A DNA stretch of 63,853 bases, the filler included, from Choristocarpus tenellus KU-1152 (Eukaryota; Protista; Phaeophyceae): the NCBI GenBank assembly GCA_964200185.2. It is 12 parts of 12 records of this genome, joined end to end, with 100 filler letters (N's around TTAATTAATTAA, not from the genome) between each part and the next. Parts side by side here need not be neighbours in the genome. Positions count along the whole stretch, not along the records: positions 32,881 to 42,546 come from CAXNAD020003488.1; positions 42,647 to 45,352 come from CAXNAD020025459.1; positions 45,453 to 51,542 come from CAXNAD020008963.1; positions 51,643 to 57,700 come from CAXNAD020009049.1; 8 more parts are not named here. One strand, written 5' to 3'. Below, piece by piece: positions 40,774 through 53,615 of the stretch. The notes beneath the pieces are model-generated. The model was not told the DNA's origin and made no database searches. It was given only the letters and a program-made list of their open reading frames with translations. Position 1 is the stretch's first letter; every line of letters begins with the position of its first letter. The position numbers and the translations under genes were made by a program.

Positions 40774-42646
40774 AACTTTGTATTCCCCTCGAGTAAAAAT
40801 ATCTCCCCGTTTAACCCTCACAGCATAACAATGATGACCCAATCAGAAATGGTCCGTTTACTGTTGATTGCGAACACTTCGTATAAAAAAGTTGCCTTTA
40901 ACAGAACATTGCACGATCAACAACAGGATAGGTCACAACAACCTCTAGGTGTCAGTGAGAGTATTCGACCTGAATTACATGTAGACTTGTTCCGCATCTA
41001 TGCAAAGTATGATTGATACCATAGTACCGAGACAGTCTACGCCTCTAAAAAGGGGATCAGAAAAAAGAGAAAAAAAAAAATCAGTGTAGTGAGAAAGGAT
41101 CAGCAAACAAATTAAAGACTTTTTTGTAGCTATTATGTAACTGTAGTAAGTAATGTGGAATTTTGTGTTAGACAGAGGGCAAATGCATTATTAATGCTGT
41201 TCCTGTATTAACAATAAGTAGTTATACTTTATTCCAAGTACACTGTCTCGTGGCATCACGTAATGACCACTCTAATCACTTCGTTTTTGTGCCTACAAGT
41301 TCGCTGTATTTCTTGTCGTCATGTATAGGGATGTCCCGTGCACCCTCTCATAGTAACACAACATTACCTACTTCTCGCACGCCTTTCCCAAAACAACTAG
41401 CTTTCTTGGAAGACTTACTCTGCTGGCTGCGAGCGATGATATCAGAACAATCAAGATACATTTCTTACCAGTCGGACACATTTGACTCAGGATCAATCTG
41501 TTCTTGCATCAGTGAGTGAGTGAGTGAGTGGTTGTGTGGGTTCCAACGCCCAAAGCAGTACATCCTACATAATATATCCTCTTTGATGATTCCTACGATA
41601 TTTTGTATCTCAGTCGTTTTTCCTTCTTTTCCTAAGTATGATGCATGTGCGTATGTAAGAGTATGTGTAGTGGCATTGAGGAAGGAGGAATGCACTCTCT
41701 CCAGTAATCGTACATTCTATCACTATAGATTACGAATATCAAAACAGCAGCAAATACTTTCATCACACATGTCCCATACCCGTTATTTACTCCAGTACCT
41801 GTTGTACTGCCTTCCGCATGGTGTCTGTGTGTGGTGAAACGCATGCATAAACACCGAGTACATTGTTCGTAGTGTTCTAATCCCTTATACCTCCTAATAC
41901 ATCGTCTTTGTGTGCATCAGGTGTGTTTGCTGTATGTCTCGAAGAGGGAAGACTTTAAGCCAAGCCAACTGAGAGAGTATGACAGGTTTGAACCCTTCTG
42001 TATTATAAGCCTTATCTCTTACCCTGTCCAATACACTCTGCCTAATTCGTTGCTTTATGTACACTCCTCGTGTAAGCAAAATTTATATCCTCCCTTTCCA
42101 CGCACAAGGCCTCACCACATTTCAGGAAAAGCCCTTTTTGTAACTAGAAAACATGGCATCTTTTCGGCCTTTCTTGAGATCCTTAATATGCAACCCCGCC
42201 TACCTCTCAGTTGGTTTGACTCTTTACATTAAATTAATCACACCCACCAATGTTTTGCAAATAATGTCATGGAGGGGACAAAGACCCAAAGCAATCGAGA
42301 GGTACCCAGGTTTTGGCTGAATTGCATTTTAGGGTTGTTCAATCGTTTGCAATTTACCCGCATTTCTATGGATAAAATTCTACGTTTGACTTGAGAGGGT
42401 TCATTTCTCGGTTGTTTGAACATTTTCCGGCACAAGTCAGACAATATCCTGTACATGTATTTGTAAAAAAAACGAACTTCGTACATGTTTAACAGTGGAT
42501 TCGCAAAATTGAGGATGGAGCGGGACTATGAGGGTGGTTGTTTTGCNNNNNNNNNNNNNNNNNNNNNNNNNNNNNNNNNNNNNNNNNNNNTTAATTAATT
42601 AANNNNNNNNNNNNNNNNNNNNNNNNNNNNNNNNNNNNNNNNNNNN

Positions 42647-43300
42647 CAAGTGTCCCAGTTTTCCTGTTCCTCCGGATCCTACATCCCATAAATTTGGTTA
42701 CCTCACCCAAATTCACCACTGGGAACTTCTCATTATGTCCCTCTATGATACGCACAGCATAACCAGCCCCTGATTCCTCAGCCATCAGCATGTCATCCAC
42801 ATGAACAATCATGATCATCACAGTCTCACCATCTACAATCATTCTGCATGGATCTGCCTCAGATTGTTCCAAGCCCAGCTCCAGCAAAGCTTCCACCAGC
42901 AGAAAATTCCAGTTTCAAGAAGCCTGCACTATCCCATACAGGGACGTTTTCATTAATCCCACTGCTCCATCAAGCTTTGCCTTTCCTTCAGGAAGTTCCA
43001 CATATATGGTTTCCTCCTAGTCAGCCTGAGTGAAAGCCTTATTCCCATCACTATGGATCAACACATAATTCATCTTCGCAGCTAGAGGTAGTAACATGCG
43101 AAAAGAAGCATGCGTGGGTGTTGGTGAAAATGACTCGAAGTAATCCTCCCCTTTCCTCCGCCTGAATCCCTGTACAACCAACCCGGCCTTGTACCTTTCC
43201 ACTTCTCCATTAGCATCCACCTTCCTGGTAAACACTATCTTTGTCCCGAGTACCTTGTGACCATCAGTGGGGCGGGGATACTTGAATCCAAAATCCCCTG
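42647..43300 (-). mobile_element. Ty1/Copia RT fragment (second lineage)
   Basis: VLGTKIVFTRKVDANGEVERYKAGLVVQGF; FSPTP; SDGNKAFTQAD; QSEADPC; IVHVDDML. Contains an in-frame stop. Confidence 0.92.
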
Positions 43301-43526
43301 CTGTCCAGATCATCAACTTCATCATCAATGGCCCCTTTCCACAAAGGCCACTCCTCAGACTCCATCCTCCTTCAACTGGTGTTGCTGGTGTCGTGTCTCC
43401 ATACTCCGCTCTTCTCGAAGTATGTCTTCTGTAACCGACGGCCTCCTCCATCGAGACTCCCCCTCAAATCGATTTAACGCTAGCCTTGAGAACTTAGCAC
43501 AATTCAATAAGTAGTGCTAGCTAGCA

Positions 43527-43885
43527 TGTTGAAGAAGTTGGTGTTCCCAAGACTTGTGTATGTAAATGACTCGATAAATTGCTTATTATGCAGAACAGGT
43601 TGTACATGAAGTAAGGAAGGTGTGTAAGAAAGGAGAGTGTTCATCAAGCCCCAAAGGGGGGGGGGGTCCTTGCCACCAAATCAATTCTATTCCGTGAATG
43701 AAAAATCAAACTAATCAAAAATTACTTCCCACAATGCTTCCTATTCCTGAACTCTTCCATATTCTAGTTCTTGAAACCCAACCTTATCTTCTATTCTTCA
43801 GAATACATAATCTGTCTCTTCATCCTTAGATTGTTTCTTCTACAGAATCTTCTTTTACACATAAATAAAAAGCATACTCTTAACA
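43527..43885. mobile_element. LTR of the same family as 22847-23227
   Basis: TGTTGAAGAAGTTGGTGTTCCCAA...AATAAAAAGCATACTCTTAACA; no TSD. Confidence 0.8.
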
Positions 43886-44128
43886 TTCTGCGTGCAGCAT
43901 TGAAGGTACCGACATGCAGACAAAACACTTACTCACGCATATACATGTGCTTTTTGTAAACTGCAGACGGCAGTTGTGGATTCCACACTCTATTGAAAGA
44001 TCTGAACAAGGACAAAGTGATACATTACGAACATACCTCTGTTGCATATTTTGCTGTCTGCCCTTCCTCACTACTCCTCCAGCCCCTGCTAAGAGCCTTC
44101 AACAGAGTGTGGAATCCACAACTGCCAC

Positions 44129-44248
44129 CTGCAGGGCTTGGGTGCATGTTGAACATATCCAACGACACCCCTCGTAATCCTCCAATCTTGCCACACTGTC
44201 CGTCTGTCCCCTTAACACGCACGGATGCACGAACCTCTGTAGATCCTC
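44129..44248 (-). CDS. Possible isolated exon with a W-x-C-x2-C zinc-finger-like end
   Basis: cag|EDLQRFVHPCVLRGQTDSVARLEDYEGCRWICSTCTQALQ|gt, 120 nt, open. Confidence 0.35.
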
Positions 44249-45029
44249 CTGATTGATATAGCGTTTGGTACCCACAGTTTACAAACCGCATAAGGATAAG
44301 GACCCAGCAGCAACAGGAAGGGTTAGGATTAGGAGGGAGACGAAAATGGGTGTGGCTTAGAGTTCTTCGAGCTCCTTCTGGGAGGACATGAGCTGATGTA
44401 ATGATGGACTTCCTGTTACCACCAGTACAATGCATGAAGTGCTACGAGGATGATACAACTGTACAAGCAAACAATACCAGCTCTACTACTTAATGTGGTT
44501 GGAGATATCGCTACTAATCACCACCACAAGTACTGCTATGACAGGTAGTTCTTGTTTTATGATATCAAGTACTATTGCCACTGCTCACTGTTAATGGCTA
44601 CTGCTACCACTACTCACCACGGGTGAATGATGAGAGGCACTGTCCATTCCAGCACTTAGTAGAGAATGCCAAGCACGGTAACCATAGAGTGTTTCTCACA
44701 GCGACCTTGGCGATGAGGAAAAAACGTACAACCAAGCATGAAGAAAAGAATGCACTGAAGCACTGAGATGGAACGAGGAATAGAGGCAATACCAGTGTCA
44801 AAAAACCTGACAAAATAGCGTATTATCAAACACCGATATAAATGTAATATTCTTCGTTTGGAAATAAGAGTAACAAAACCTTTGCAGGCCCCATAACGAA
44901 GCAAGATTTTTTTCACATATTCATTTTTAATAGGTGTATTATTATGCAGACACTCAAAGGTTGTCCATCAAAATCTCAAGCAATATGGGGCTGCCTACAC
45001 CTATCTATGATTCCACTCCTGAAGTACTC

Positions 45030-45197
45030 CATAACTCCATTCCAGCAAGGTATTTCGCCGCATCCACCAGGGCATTCAGGGGTATCTTGGCCGCCTTCTC
45101 AGCCTTTTCCTTTCTAAGATGGGGTATTTTGAAGGCGTGTCACCCTTCGATCCCAGCACTTCCCCGTAGACTGTGAAGAGGTGCGGATGGCAGCGCC
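45030..45197 (-). mobile_element. Possible mariner-like transposase C-terminal relic
   Basis: Frameshifted LFTVYGEVLGSKG..FKIPHLRKEK resembles the C-terminus of the 51047-51490 fragment. Confidence 0.35.
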
Positions 45198-45285
45198 TGT
45201 TTTCAGTGAGAGAGAAGTATGGCATAGTTCAAGACCACGGACCCTTGCACCAAGCCAAATGTATGCAAGTATGGAAATGATATAA

Positions 45286-45352
45286 TGTGAATGGTGCGAT
45301 TCTGTGGCGGCGTGGTTCACTCAGGCAAGGGTGGCGAAGAGAATCACCGGGC
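45286..45352 (+). repeat. Second copy of the TG-start repeat terminus
   Basis: Near-identical to 3773-3840. Confidence 0.75.
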
Positions 45353-45452
45353 NNNNNNNNNNNNNNNNNNNNNNNNNNNNNNNNNNNNNNNNNNNNTTAA
45401 TTAATTAANNNNNNNNNNNNNNNNNNNNNNNNNNNNNNNNNNNNNNNNNNNN

Positions 45453-47089
45453 ATGGCGAATTCAAGACCACATGCACCTACTGCATCAGAGGAGTTGGTA
45501 GTAGGTGGAGAGGTATTGATCGTACAGGCAGCAGCTGGCAGTGCCCACACCCTGCTCCTCACATCTGATGGAAGGATCCTTGGATGTGGAAGTAACAGCA
45601 GCGGGAACCTGGGCATCTCCCCCATGCAGCAAACAGCTGCAGTGGCAGCAACTGATGGCATTGAGATGAGGGATGGGGGTGGAAGAGATCTAGGAGAGGT
45701 GGTTGGTGATGATGGTGGAGGGACAACATTAGTGGAGCAGGGCTTTGTGAGAGATGGAGCATCGGGAGGAGATGCTTTAGGAGAGGGACAAGGGAATACG
45801 TTATATCCCAACAGCCAGAACAACTGCCGGTGGAGGCTGGAAGTTTTGGAGGCATTGTCTGGAGTTTGTGTCGAGGGGATTGCTGCTGGGGGGGAACAGA
45901 GCTTTGTTATTGCTACGGACGATCCTGGGGCAAGAAGTTCACTTGAAGGGGTTGTTGCAGAGGGTACTCACAGTAATGCCTTGTTGCAAGAGACCAAAAA
46001 GATGAGGGAGACAAAAACAAGTGGGTTCGTACAGGAGGGGGGGGGGATCTTGGTGAACGATCCATTGTCACTGCGGCGTAGGGGTTCAGTGTTGTTGTCA
46101 GTCCGAAGGCAGTTCTCAGTGGAGCTCTCGATGGGGATGCCATCAGTAGCAGAATTCATGGAGTTGATAAGGCGTGCAGAGGATGTACCGTTGGTACCAT
46201 CTACCACAGCTGAGGTGGAGAAGGAGGAGAAGGAGGAGAAGGAAGAGAAGGAAGAGAAGGAATTCAAGGCCAGTGACGAAAAGGCTAAAGGTTCATTTGA
46301 GGGGGAGGTGGACCTGTTGGAGGAGGCTGGTGGCTCTAGTAGTGGTGGTGTTGTCTCTGGGTCTGAAGCAGGGGTGGCTGGGGGTGGGGCAAAAGGGACA
46401 GCTTTTGCCATGGTGGTGAAGGTGAATGTGGATTGTTTTCTAAAGGGGCAGTGAGCATGGTTTGAAAGAAGCTGTAGTTGGACATACTGTATGTCTCAAG
46501 ATGAGCATTGGTATGGTGGGCCTTTTTGTTATGTTTTCTAGTTTTGTGTGAGAATTTGAGACCACTGTGTTGAAATGACCTTATCTATGTATCATACCAA
46601 ACAATAATATTGGTTTAATGGAATATGGGGTTAGGCTTAGTAACATGTACATAATTTTTTAATGTACATCAATCTACATATTCCCCTATGTTTTGTGTCA
46701 CATTTTCTTTAACAGGATGGTTTTACCTTGCTTATAGCCTCCCCTGTAAGAGTACCCCTTCAACCTTGGCATAGATGTGAACATTTGTGTCCTCAGGTAG
46801 TATGCTCTTGACTGCGTCCAATATTGATTATAGTTATCAAGTTATATTTAATTTTTTATTTCGATATATTTACCTCCCTAACCCTCAAATATAATATCGC
46901 CTGTCCAAGGCGGTGTGGGAAGTTTTTGGATCACCTTCAGTATTGAGTGGGAGCTTCCTGAAGAGGGGTGAGGTCGGGAGAGGAGGGGGGAGACCACGTC
47001 TGGATGTTGAAGGTCTGGAGGAAGTGTACCGAAGTCTTCTAAAACTGGGGCAAGGAATGCTTAGAGTGCTGGCGGGGGCAGTGGCTGAG
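45453..47089 (+). CDS. RCC1-repeat protein, probably a small-HERC-like HECT E3 ligase; exons ~45490-46421 and 46910-47089 (partial)
   Basis: RCC1 blades AAAGSAHTLLLTSDGRILGCGSNSSGNLG and LSGVCVEGIAAGGEQSF. The next exon VWEVFGSPSVLSGSFLK..LDVEGLEEVY resembles the HERC3/4 post-RLD segment. The HECT domain is not in the window. Confidence 0.72.
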
Positions 47090-50000
47090 GTGGGAAGATT
47101 TTTTTAATGAGACAATGAGAGAGAGAGATGCACCCATGTACTAATCACTTGGTGGTAGTAGTGTCTTGTCCCCAAAGATGCTCTGGAAGTGTAGGACGAT
47201 CCAGAGATCGATTGGTGGTTCAATTAAAATCTCAATAATGTTAGCTCGCACTTTAGCTACGCAAACGGCCTCACACTCGACCTGCACAGTGGCTACAATG
47301 CCACCTGGATGTGCTCCAATTGTTGTCCTGAGAGTAATTGAATCTTCCCTGAGGTTGTAAAACTGAAATGCAAAGAAATTGAAAGTCGGAAGTATTTTGC
47401 TGACACCATCAGCTCTCAAGTGTACCCACCCCTAGTCGACCTCTATCTTGCTCTATACTGTTTTGTGCAATTCAACGTGTACAGTGATCAATTCACTCAA
47501 TATGTTTGTTCTGTGTAACTTATGAAATATGTATTTATATATTTGCAAACATGAATTATTAGAACATAATTGATTTGGATGTCGGGAAGTGGTTGCAAAA
47601 TAATTTTACAGACCTCAGTTACTTCACATGTAAATATTGTGACCTATCTTGAAAATCCAAAATTTAAACATTACTCTCTAGAATCAAGTAGGTATACATG
47701 TGATACATTTTGTCAGATATATGTATGGGGTCCTTATGATCTGTATGCGCCCCTTCTCAAGACCCAAGTCGTGTTCTTTTAAGAGTTGTGTGCTCCTCCA
47801 AGTTTTTTTGGAGAAGATGCTGCAACCACCATAATGTGTTGTAATAACTTCAACTTTCAAGTGGAGTGTGCTGTAAACATATAGAGCTACAAAGTGAGCC
47901 CTATACATAATATATATGTATATATATAGTCTATGCAAGTTATGATTGATTTGTTTGGACTAAGTAAGAAACGTCATATTGAAGTATACCTATAGATGTG
48001 TGTAGGAGAGGTTGAATGCAGATGCGTGGTGCGTTTGGGTTGATGTATTGCATCACACAAAATCACAATAACACACACATGTGTGCACGCCTTTCGACAC
48101 GAGCATGAGACAAGCCTGCGAATACCCCCCTGTAGGTCATCCTCACCGTAAGGGTGATACAGTAGTGACATTGTTAACCAAACTTGAGCAGACATTCTAA
48201 GTTTTGTACAAGGTCGTAATTGTTATTGAGGTTGGTACTTGTTGGAACTCCGTTGCTTTTGAGTTTGGTATCTGTGATAGGAAATGTTTGGTACTACTGT
48301 TCTCTTCTATTAACTGCAGTATGCTGTACCTTGTACTCTATTTCTTTTTTCTATTGTTGCGAAGGGAATTGAGTCAAGAGAAGCATCTTCAAAGAGTCTA
48401 TCCGGAGAGGAAGGTATCTCTTCCCTGCTGGCCTATTGGCAGAGCCCAACCCATCGACTGGGCCGCTCAATTGGGCGTGGGAATGGGGAGGCAGACATGA
48501 CTAGCTTGTGCCGTGTGGTGCTGGGACTGAGCGCTTCTGGGAGGTCACAGTTGATGAGGAGGTAAGGGGGTATGCCCACTGATTGTTTTGTTCCCAATGA
48601 AAGTTTGTGGGAAGGTTTGTCAATGATAACAAGATTATCAATGGTAAGACTGGGAGAGTATGGACAGGTTGTAGGGTGGAAATAATATGCATGCTTGGAG
48701 AAGGCTGTAGTTGGATTGCCGTAAGGCCAGACCTTACAGAATGCTACAGTGAAATAGGCCATGCTTTGCATGTGTTGCCAAACAGATTGGCGACTCATCT
48801 TGACGTCAGTACTTTGAGCTGAACACAAGATACTCAACTGCAATGTCTTAGTAATGCAGAATACACCTTCAGTGGTGTAGCATGGAAAGGTCAGGACATT
48901 ATCTGCTGTGGCTGAGGTCATATGTTCTGCAGGGTTGGTCAATGATACCTCTAAAGTAATCAAACGTAAACAAGTAGGAGTATATCTTAAGACCTCACAT
49001 ATGTTGATACTTCTCAGATAGATTATTTCAGATTGAATCGTCTATGACTAAGCCTTGACAGGGCAGAAAGAATGTGATAAAAGAGCCAAGGTAGCAATGA
49101 TTGTTGCATTTCTGCAAGTTTTTTGAGGTCAGCTTTAGGGGATGTGGTGCAATGGAAGGCCTAACTAAGAGGTAAAGACATAAGAAGAAACCTCTGATCA
49201 CAGAGAAACCTTGGTACCTGTGCACCTGCTGATGACACATTGAGGACTCTGTGCCAACTAAAAATTAAAAAATCAAGAACCGAGAAGGGAAGATATGAAT
49301 ACGGATCTAATCAAAGAGAAGTCTTAGGTATGTGAGTGGTATGTTCACGTAAGCAAAGTTGTATCAGCTACAAGAGCATATTATAGGTCCTCATCTGTCT
49401 GTGAACGAGGTCTGATGTGAGAAGTAAAGTAGTGCCCCAAAATGACCTTCGTACATGTGGAGTACCATTGGTTTATAGTGTACTTTGATGAGCATGCCAA
49501 CATATGGTCATATTTAACATATATATATATATTTTCTGGGTAACACCTAGATGCATTCCCCTCATTCTGTAAACCAACAAGTCCTCAAGTGCTATTGCTG
49601 CCAAATTATGTATACCATGAAGTCCTGTTGGGCATAGACTCTGGATGTTGGCTATGAAAGAGTCATGCTAATATTACGCCATGCTTGAGCTACTGTCATG
49701 GTATGATCCATGTGCTGTGATGCTTCTTCCTTGCTCTGCATCTGCTGCACAGATGTTTTTTTTGTTGTAAGGTACCCTCACTCATGTCATAGATTTGACC
49801 CACTTAATGTGTCACGCAACATTGTTTCTTGTCTCTTTCATTCATTACTGGCTGATTTTTTGTTCTTACAGAAGTGGTGATTTACGTAATTTTGGATGAC
49901 AGACCTGGGAAGCACAGTCGATTAAGATTAGCCCTGTTGGAGAGAAGCGGTCATGTCGTACTTGGAAGATTTTGTTGTCAGTGCATGCTTATTTTTCCCA

Positions 50001-51046
50001 TTGAAAGGAGGAAGCTTCATCCAAATGATGGAGAACTCCTTGATTCTGCTCATCATGGTCTTGATCTGGGTAGTGGTGGACATGCTTATGGATGAAAAAC
50101 ATAAATGTTTTGGTTGAGGCTCAGTATGAACTACAAGAGATGTTGAAAGTATGGATCTCTATGGGGACAAACGTATATATATGTTCAGCACTACATAAAT
50201 CAAGACTATGGTAGGTATTGCAATGCAGGAGGTCTTGTTTAGTCAGTTAGGGTTAGTCCATTCCTTCTGGCAGTGGCATATTGTTGCTAAACCTTACTAT
50301 TATATTATGACACAGCTTTCTCCCTTCAAGGGTATGCTTCAAGCTAGCATGCAACTTAGGCCATTTCCATGGTATGGATATATAGCAGCTTTCGCTGTAG
50401 AGTGCAAAATCGAAGGATGGAGACAGAGAGAATAGACACCGTTGGAAATAGTCAGATAGACCGCATGGTGCACCTATTAAAGTATGTTTTGTTGTAATAG
50501 TCAAGGCGCATTAGTTTCAAGTATGTATTTGAGTGTGACAATTCATGATTGAAAACAAACACAAACTTTTCTCTGTGTGTCACAAAGGGCGACTTTGTAA
50601 GGGTGCAAGCAGGGAGTTGATGTAACTGTGGAACATTTTTGAAGAGCAGGATCGATTTGTTCCTTCTAAATTTGAAGACTTTTTTCTTAACTTGCGAAAT
50701 ATACACCAATCCCGTACCTGAAGTGCAGTTATCCCCCCATAGGAGGGTGTGGTGTTTGAAGTAGATTGACTAAAGACACATTGCTAAATGTAAGCACCCT
50801 CCAGATTGGTGCTCAAAACAGACACCATAAGGCAGTTACATGGGCTCTTGAAACCTAACAACACCCTCCTCTTGGATGTGATCACTCTAAGGCCTGCTTG
50901 AGCTGGGTGTCCTCCACCCAATACTACCTCCGTCCCATAAGCCTGGACCGTTAAGTTGTAGCTCTTCGGGATGACTTCCGATTACAAAACAGACCTCTAC
51001 GTTGAATTCCTTGAAATATTTTACATCAAAAACCTATGTCTCACCT

Positions 51047-51490
51047 TTATTTAACACCATCAACCCACCAATCCTGGACGGCCATGGAGGCCACTCGGTC
51101 TACTTCGACTGATCCATCCAACCCGCCCTCCCGCTGCCTATTTTTTGTCCTGGTGTGCTCTACCTCAAAATCCTCCCCCCCCAGTGCCCTTAACACCTGA
51201 TTGTACCTCTTAAACAGATTCTGCCACACCCTCTCGGCGTGTCTATGCCGTACTTGTAGGACATTCTTGAAACCCCTTCTACAAGTTAATCAACAGTGCC
51301 GCAACACTCCGCCCAAACCCTGCTCTTCAGAGACGCAAATAACCCAAAATCATTGATATGTTGAGATCCGGTGACTGCGCTGGCTGTGTCAATGAGGTTA
51401 ATATTCCATCCCTCCTGCATCCCTGCTGCGTTCAGCTTCTGCATCATGCCCTTGCCCGTATGCAGGGTCGCACCGTCCTGCTGTATGGAG
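51047..51490 (-). mobile_element. Tc1/mariner (plant/stramenopile DD39D-like) transposase remnant
   Basis: IQQDGATLH..GWNINL..(frameshift)AQSPDLN/INDFGLFASLKS; VLRALGGEDFEVEH. Confidence 0.78.
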
Positions 51491-52078
51491 CCCCCCCCCC
51501 CCCCCCCACCCCCCCCCTCCACCCACTCTCCTCTTTAACTCCNNNNNNNNNNNNNNNNNNNNNNNNNNNNNNNNNNNNNNNNNNNNTTAATTAATTAANN
51601 NNNNNNNNNNNNNNNNNNNNNNNNNNNNNNNNNNNNNNNNNNCGATCCCAAAACACCCCAAAAAACGGCCGCCGACACCCCCCCCCCCCCCTCCCCCACA
51701 TACTTCTCCTCAGTTGTGCAAAATCTCCTGTGAACCATTTCTGACTCTAAAAAAATGACCAAAAGGTGACTAATACAGCAGAGCTTCCCCACCCCGAACA
51801 CCGTAAGGTCTTGGGCAGATAAAACCATGGCATGCAGCAAAAGAGAGGAACTTGTCTCTCCTCCGTCTCTAGTCTGTTCACATGCATCATACAAATATAA
51901 CATTCAATGAAATAGCCCTTTTCAAAGTACAATTGATGAAACTAGGCTCAATCTTGACACATCTTGCACCCACCCAACTCAGTCCACCTGAGAGCAAACC
52001 TCATTTCCAAAGGAAAAGTACTTCAAAACTGCAACTAACTGGAGTACCTCCCCTTCCCCTCCCACCCCCCCTCCACAC

Positions 52079-53441
52079 CTGGAAAAGATGGCTGCCCGTG
52101 GTGTCTACACCCCCAAGCACAAGAGCTGCTGAGACCCCCCCTCTATGCCGGAAAAGGTGGTTCTTGATAAGGCTTGCCGCAGTAACCACCTTTGTATGTT
52201 TCCATTGGAATGCATCCAAGCCCTCAGCGGGTATCTCAGTACCACGGGGAAAAGGGGACGGCGCGGCAGCCTGAGCTTCAAGAGCCAGTCGCACCAGGGC
52301 TAACCGAGAGCCCTTTTGCAACGGGGCAGATTGTGGGTACACAGATGGATTGGAAGGCATATGTGTATATTCTTGGTTGATAGAGTTTCTGTGATAGGAA
52401 CAGGATCAAACACTAGAGATCTATGGGTTAGAGGCAAGAAGTGCCGAAATTGGGTGAGGAGTGTGGAAGGGTGCGCATTAACTTCAGCCAAGATACTGTT
52501 ACTTGGTGATGATTTCGAGTCCATGAGGGGTTGCAGACCTGGCTGCAAGGGGAAGGGATGTATTTCAGTCGCAGGATCAACCATCGAGCACAGAGATGAA
52601 AGGGTCGTATTAACCTTAGAGTGGATGTTGCGGAAAATATACCTCGGTCACTCGCTCAGCGTCCGCACTTGTCCCTGCCCCACAGCAGGCCACGTTTGCG
52701 GCGAGCATGTGGATTTTATCACAGTTCCGGTCGCACACAGTTTGCCCGCCAGTTGCACGGGTATCGGCTCCTAGCACCACGCCATCCTAAATGTTGAGGC
52801 ATCATAGGAGATTTGAGTTGTGGAGAGAGAGAGCTAATATTTGACCGTAGGTGAGTAGAATGTATCTTATCGACTCCCAGTGACCAATAAGAGCAAGACG
52901 AACAACACGATTCACGGTAATAGTGCGGTGACTTGCGTGCCAGGGACCTGAGTAAGGGTGTCTGTATATCCAACGAAGAGTACAGTAAAAAGGTGAGAGC
53001 CCACCCTGTATCATTACTTCAAACTAAACAAACCAGTAGAGAAAGTAGAACCACCTGCGCAATGCGGCAAACCCATTATGTTGTCACCAAACCCACGACC
53101 ACCACTGGGGTGGGAGTGCCAATACCAAGTCAAGGAAGGTATCGTGGAAGGTCCGGATATGTGGAAGCACAAGCTTCCGTTCAGCTAGACAACAGCACTC
53201 GAACCTCGAAAATAACCCCAGCAATTGTTGTTCCAGTTTTCATGGCTCGGCCCTCGGCAAACCTTCGTAGCTCATCTGTTTTCCCTCCCACAAGGGCTTG
53301 ATTTAAAATGCCCACTTCAAAGTTGTCTCGTGTGTATAGGCTAGCTTGGTTTGCGGTGCGCAGTTCACCGACAATCGCCCCAGCCCCAGCCGATGCAGTA
53401 CCGACTGCAGTTAGCAGGGCCTGCAGAAGTTGTCGGCGCAT
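52079..53441 (-). CDS. PSMB7: Divergent 20S proteasome subunit beta2 (PUP1/PSMB7-like) with a hydrophobic N-terminal leader. Exons 53205-53441, 52643-52786, 52079-52312 (3'-partial)
   Basis: [13 protein letters not shown]|[37 protein letters not shown]..|[29 protein letters not shown]. Catalytic Thr1, Asp17 and Lys33 are present; introns are phase 0. Confidence 0.9.
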
Positions 53442-53615
53442 ACTTGGTGCCAGAGACCGCTGTAGCTTGGACAGGAGGGAGAAGTTGAAATTAGAAAGAG
53501 TATAGCGTTTTGTAGTCGTGCCCTAACCCTTCATTTAAAAAACGACCCCCTACTAAACTCCGCATCACCAACAAAGAACAAGGGATCTCCCTCCCTAAAT
53601 TGGAACCACAGCAAC
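53442..53615. promoter_or_regulatory. Putative bidirectional promoter
   Basis: Only 174 bp separate divergent ATGs; contains CCCTAACCCT at 53521. Confidence 0.55.

Noticed and set aside
47141-50709. Short ORFs downstream of the HERC-like exon as viral or TE genes
   Set aside because: No recognisable motifs; probably decayed repeats in an intron.
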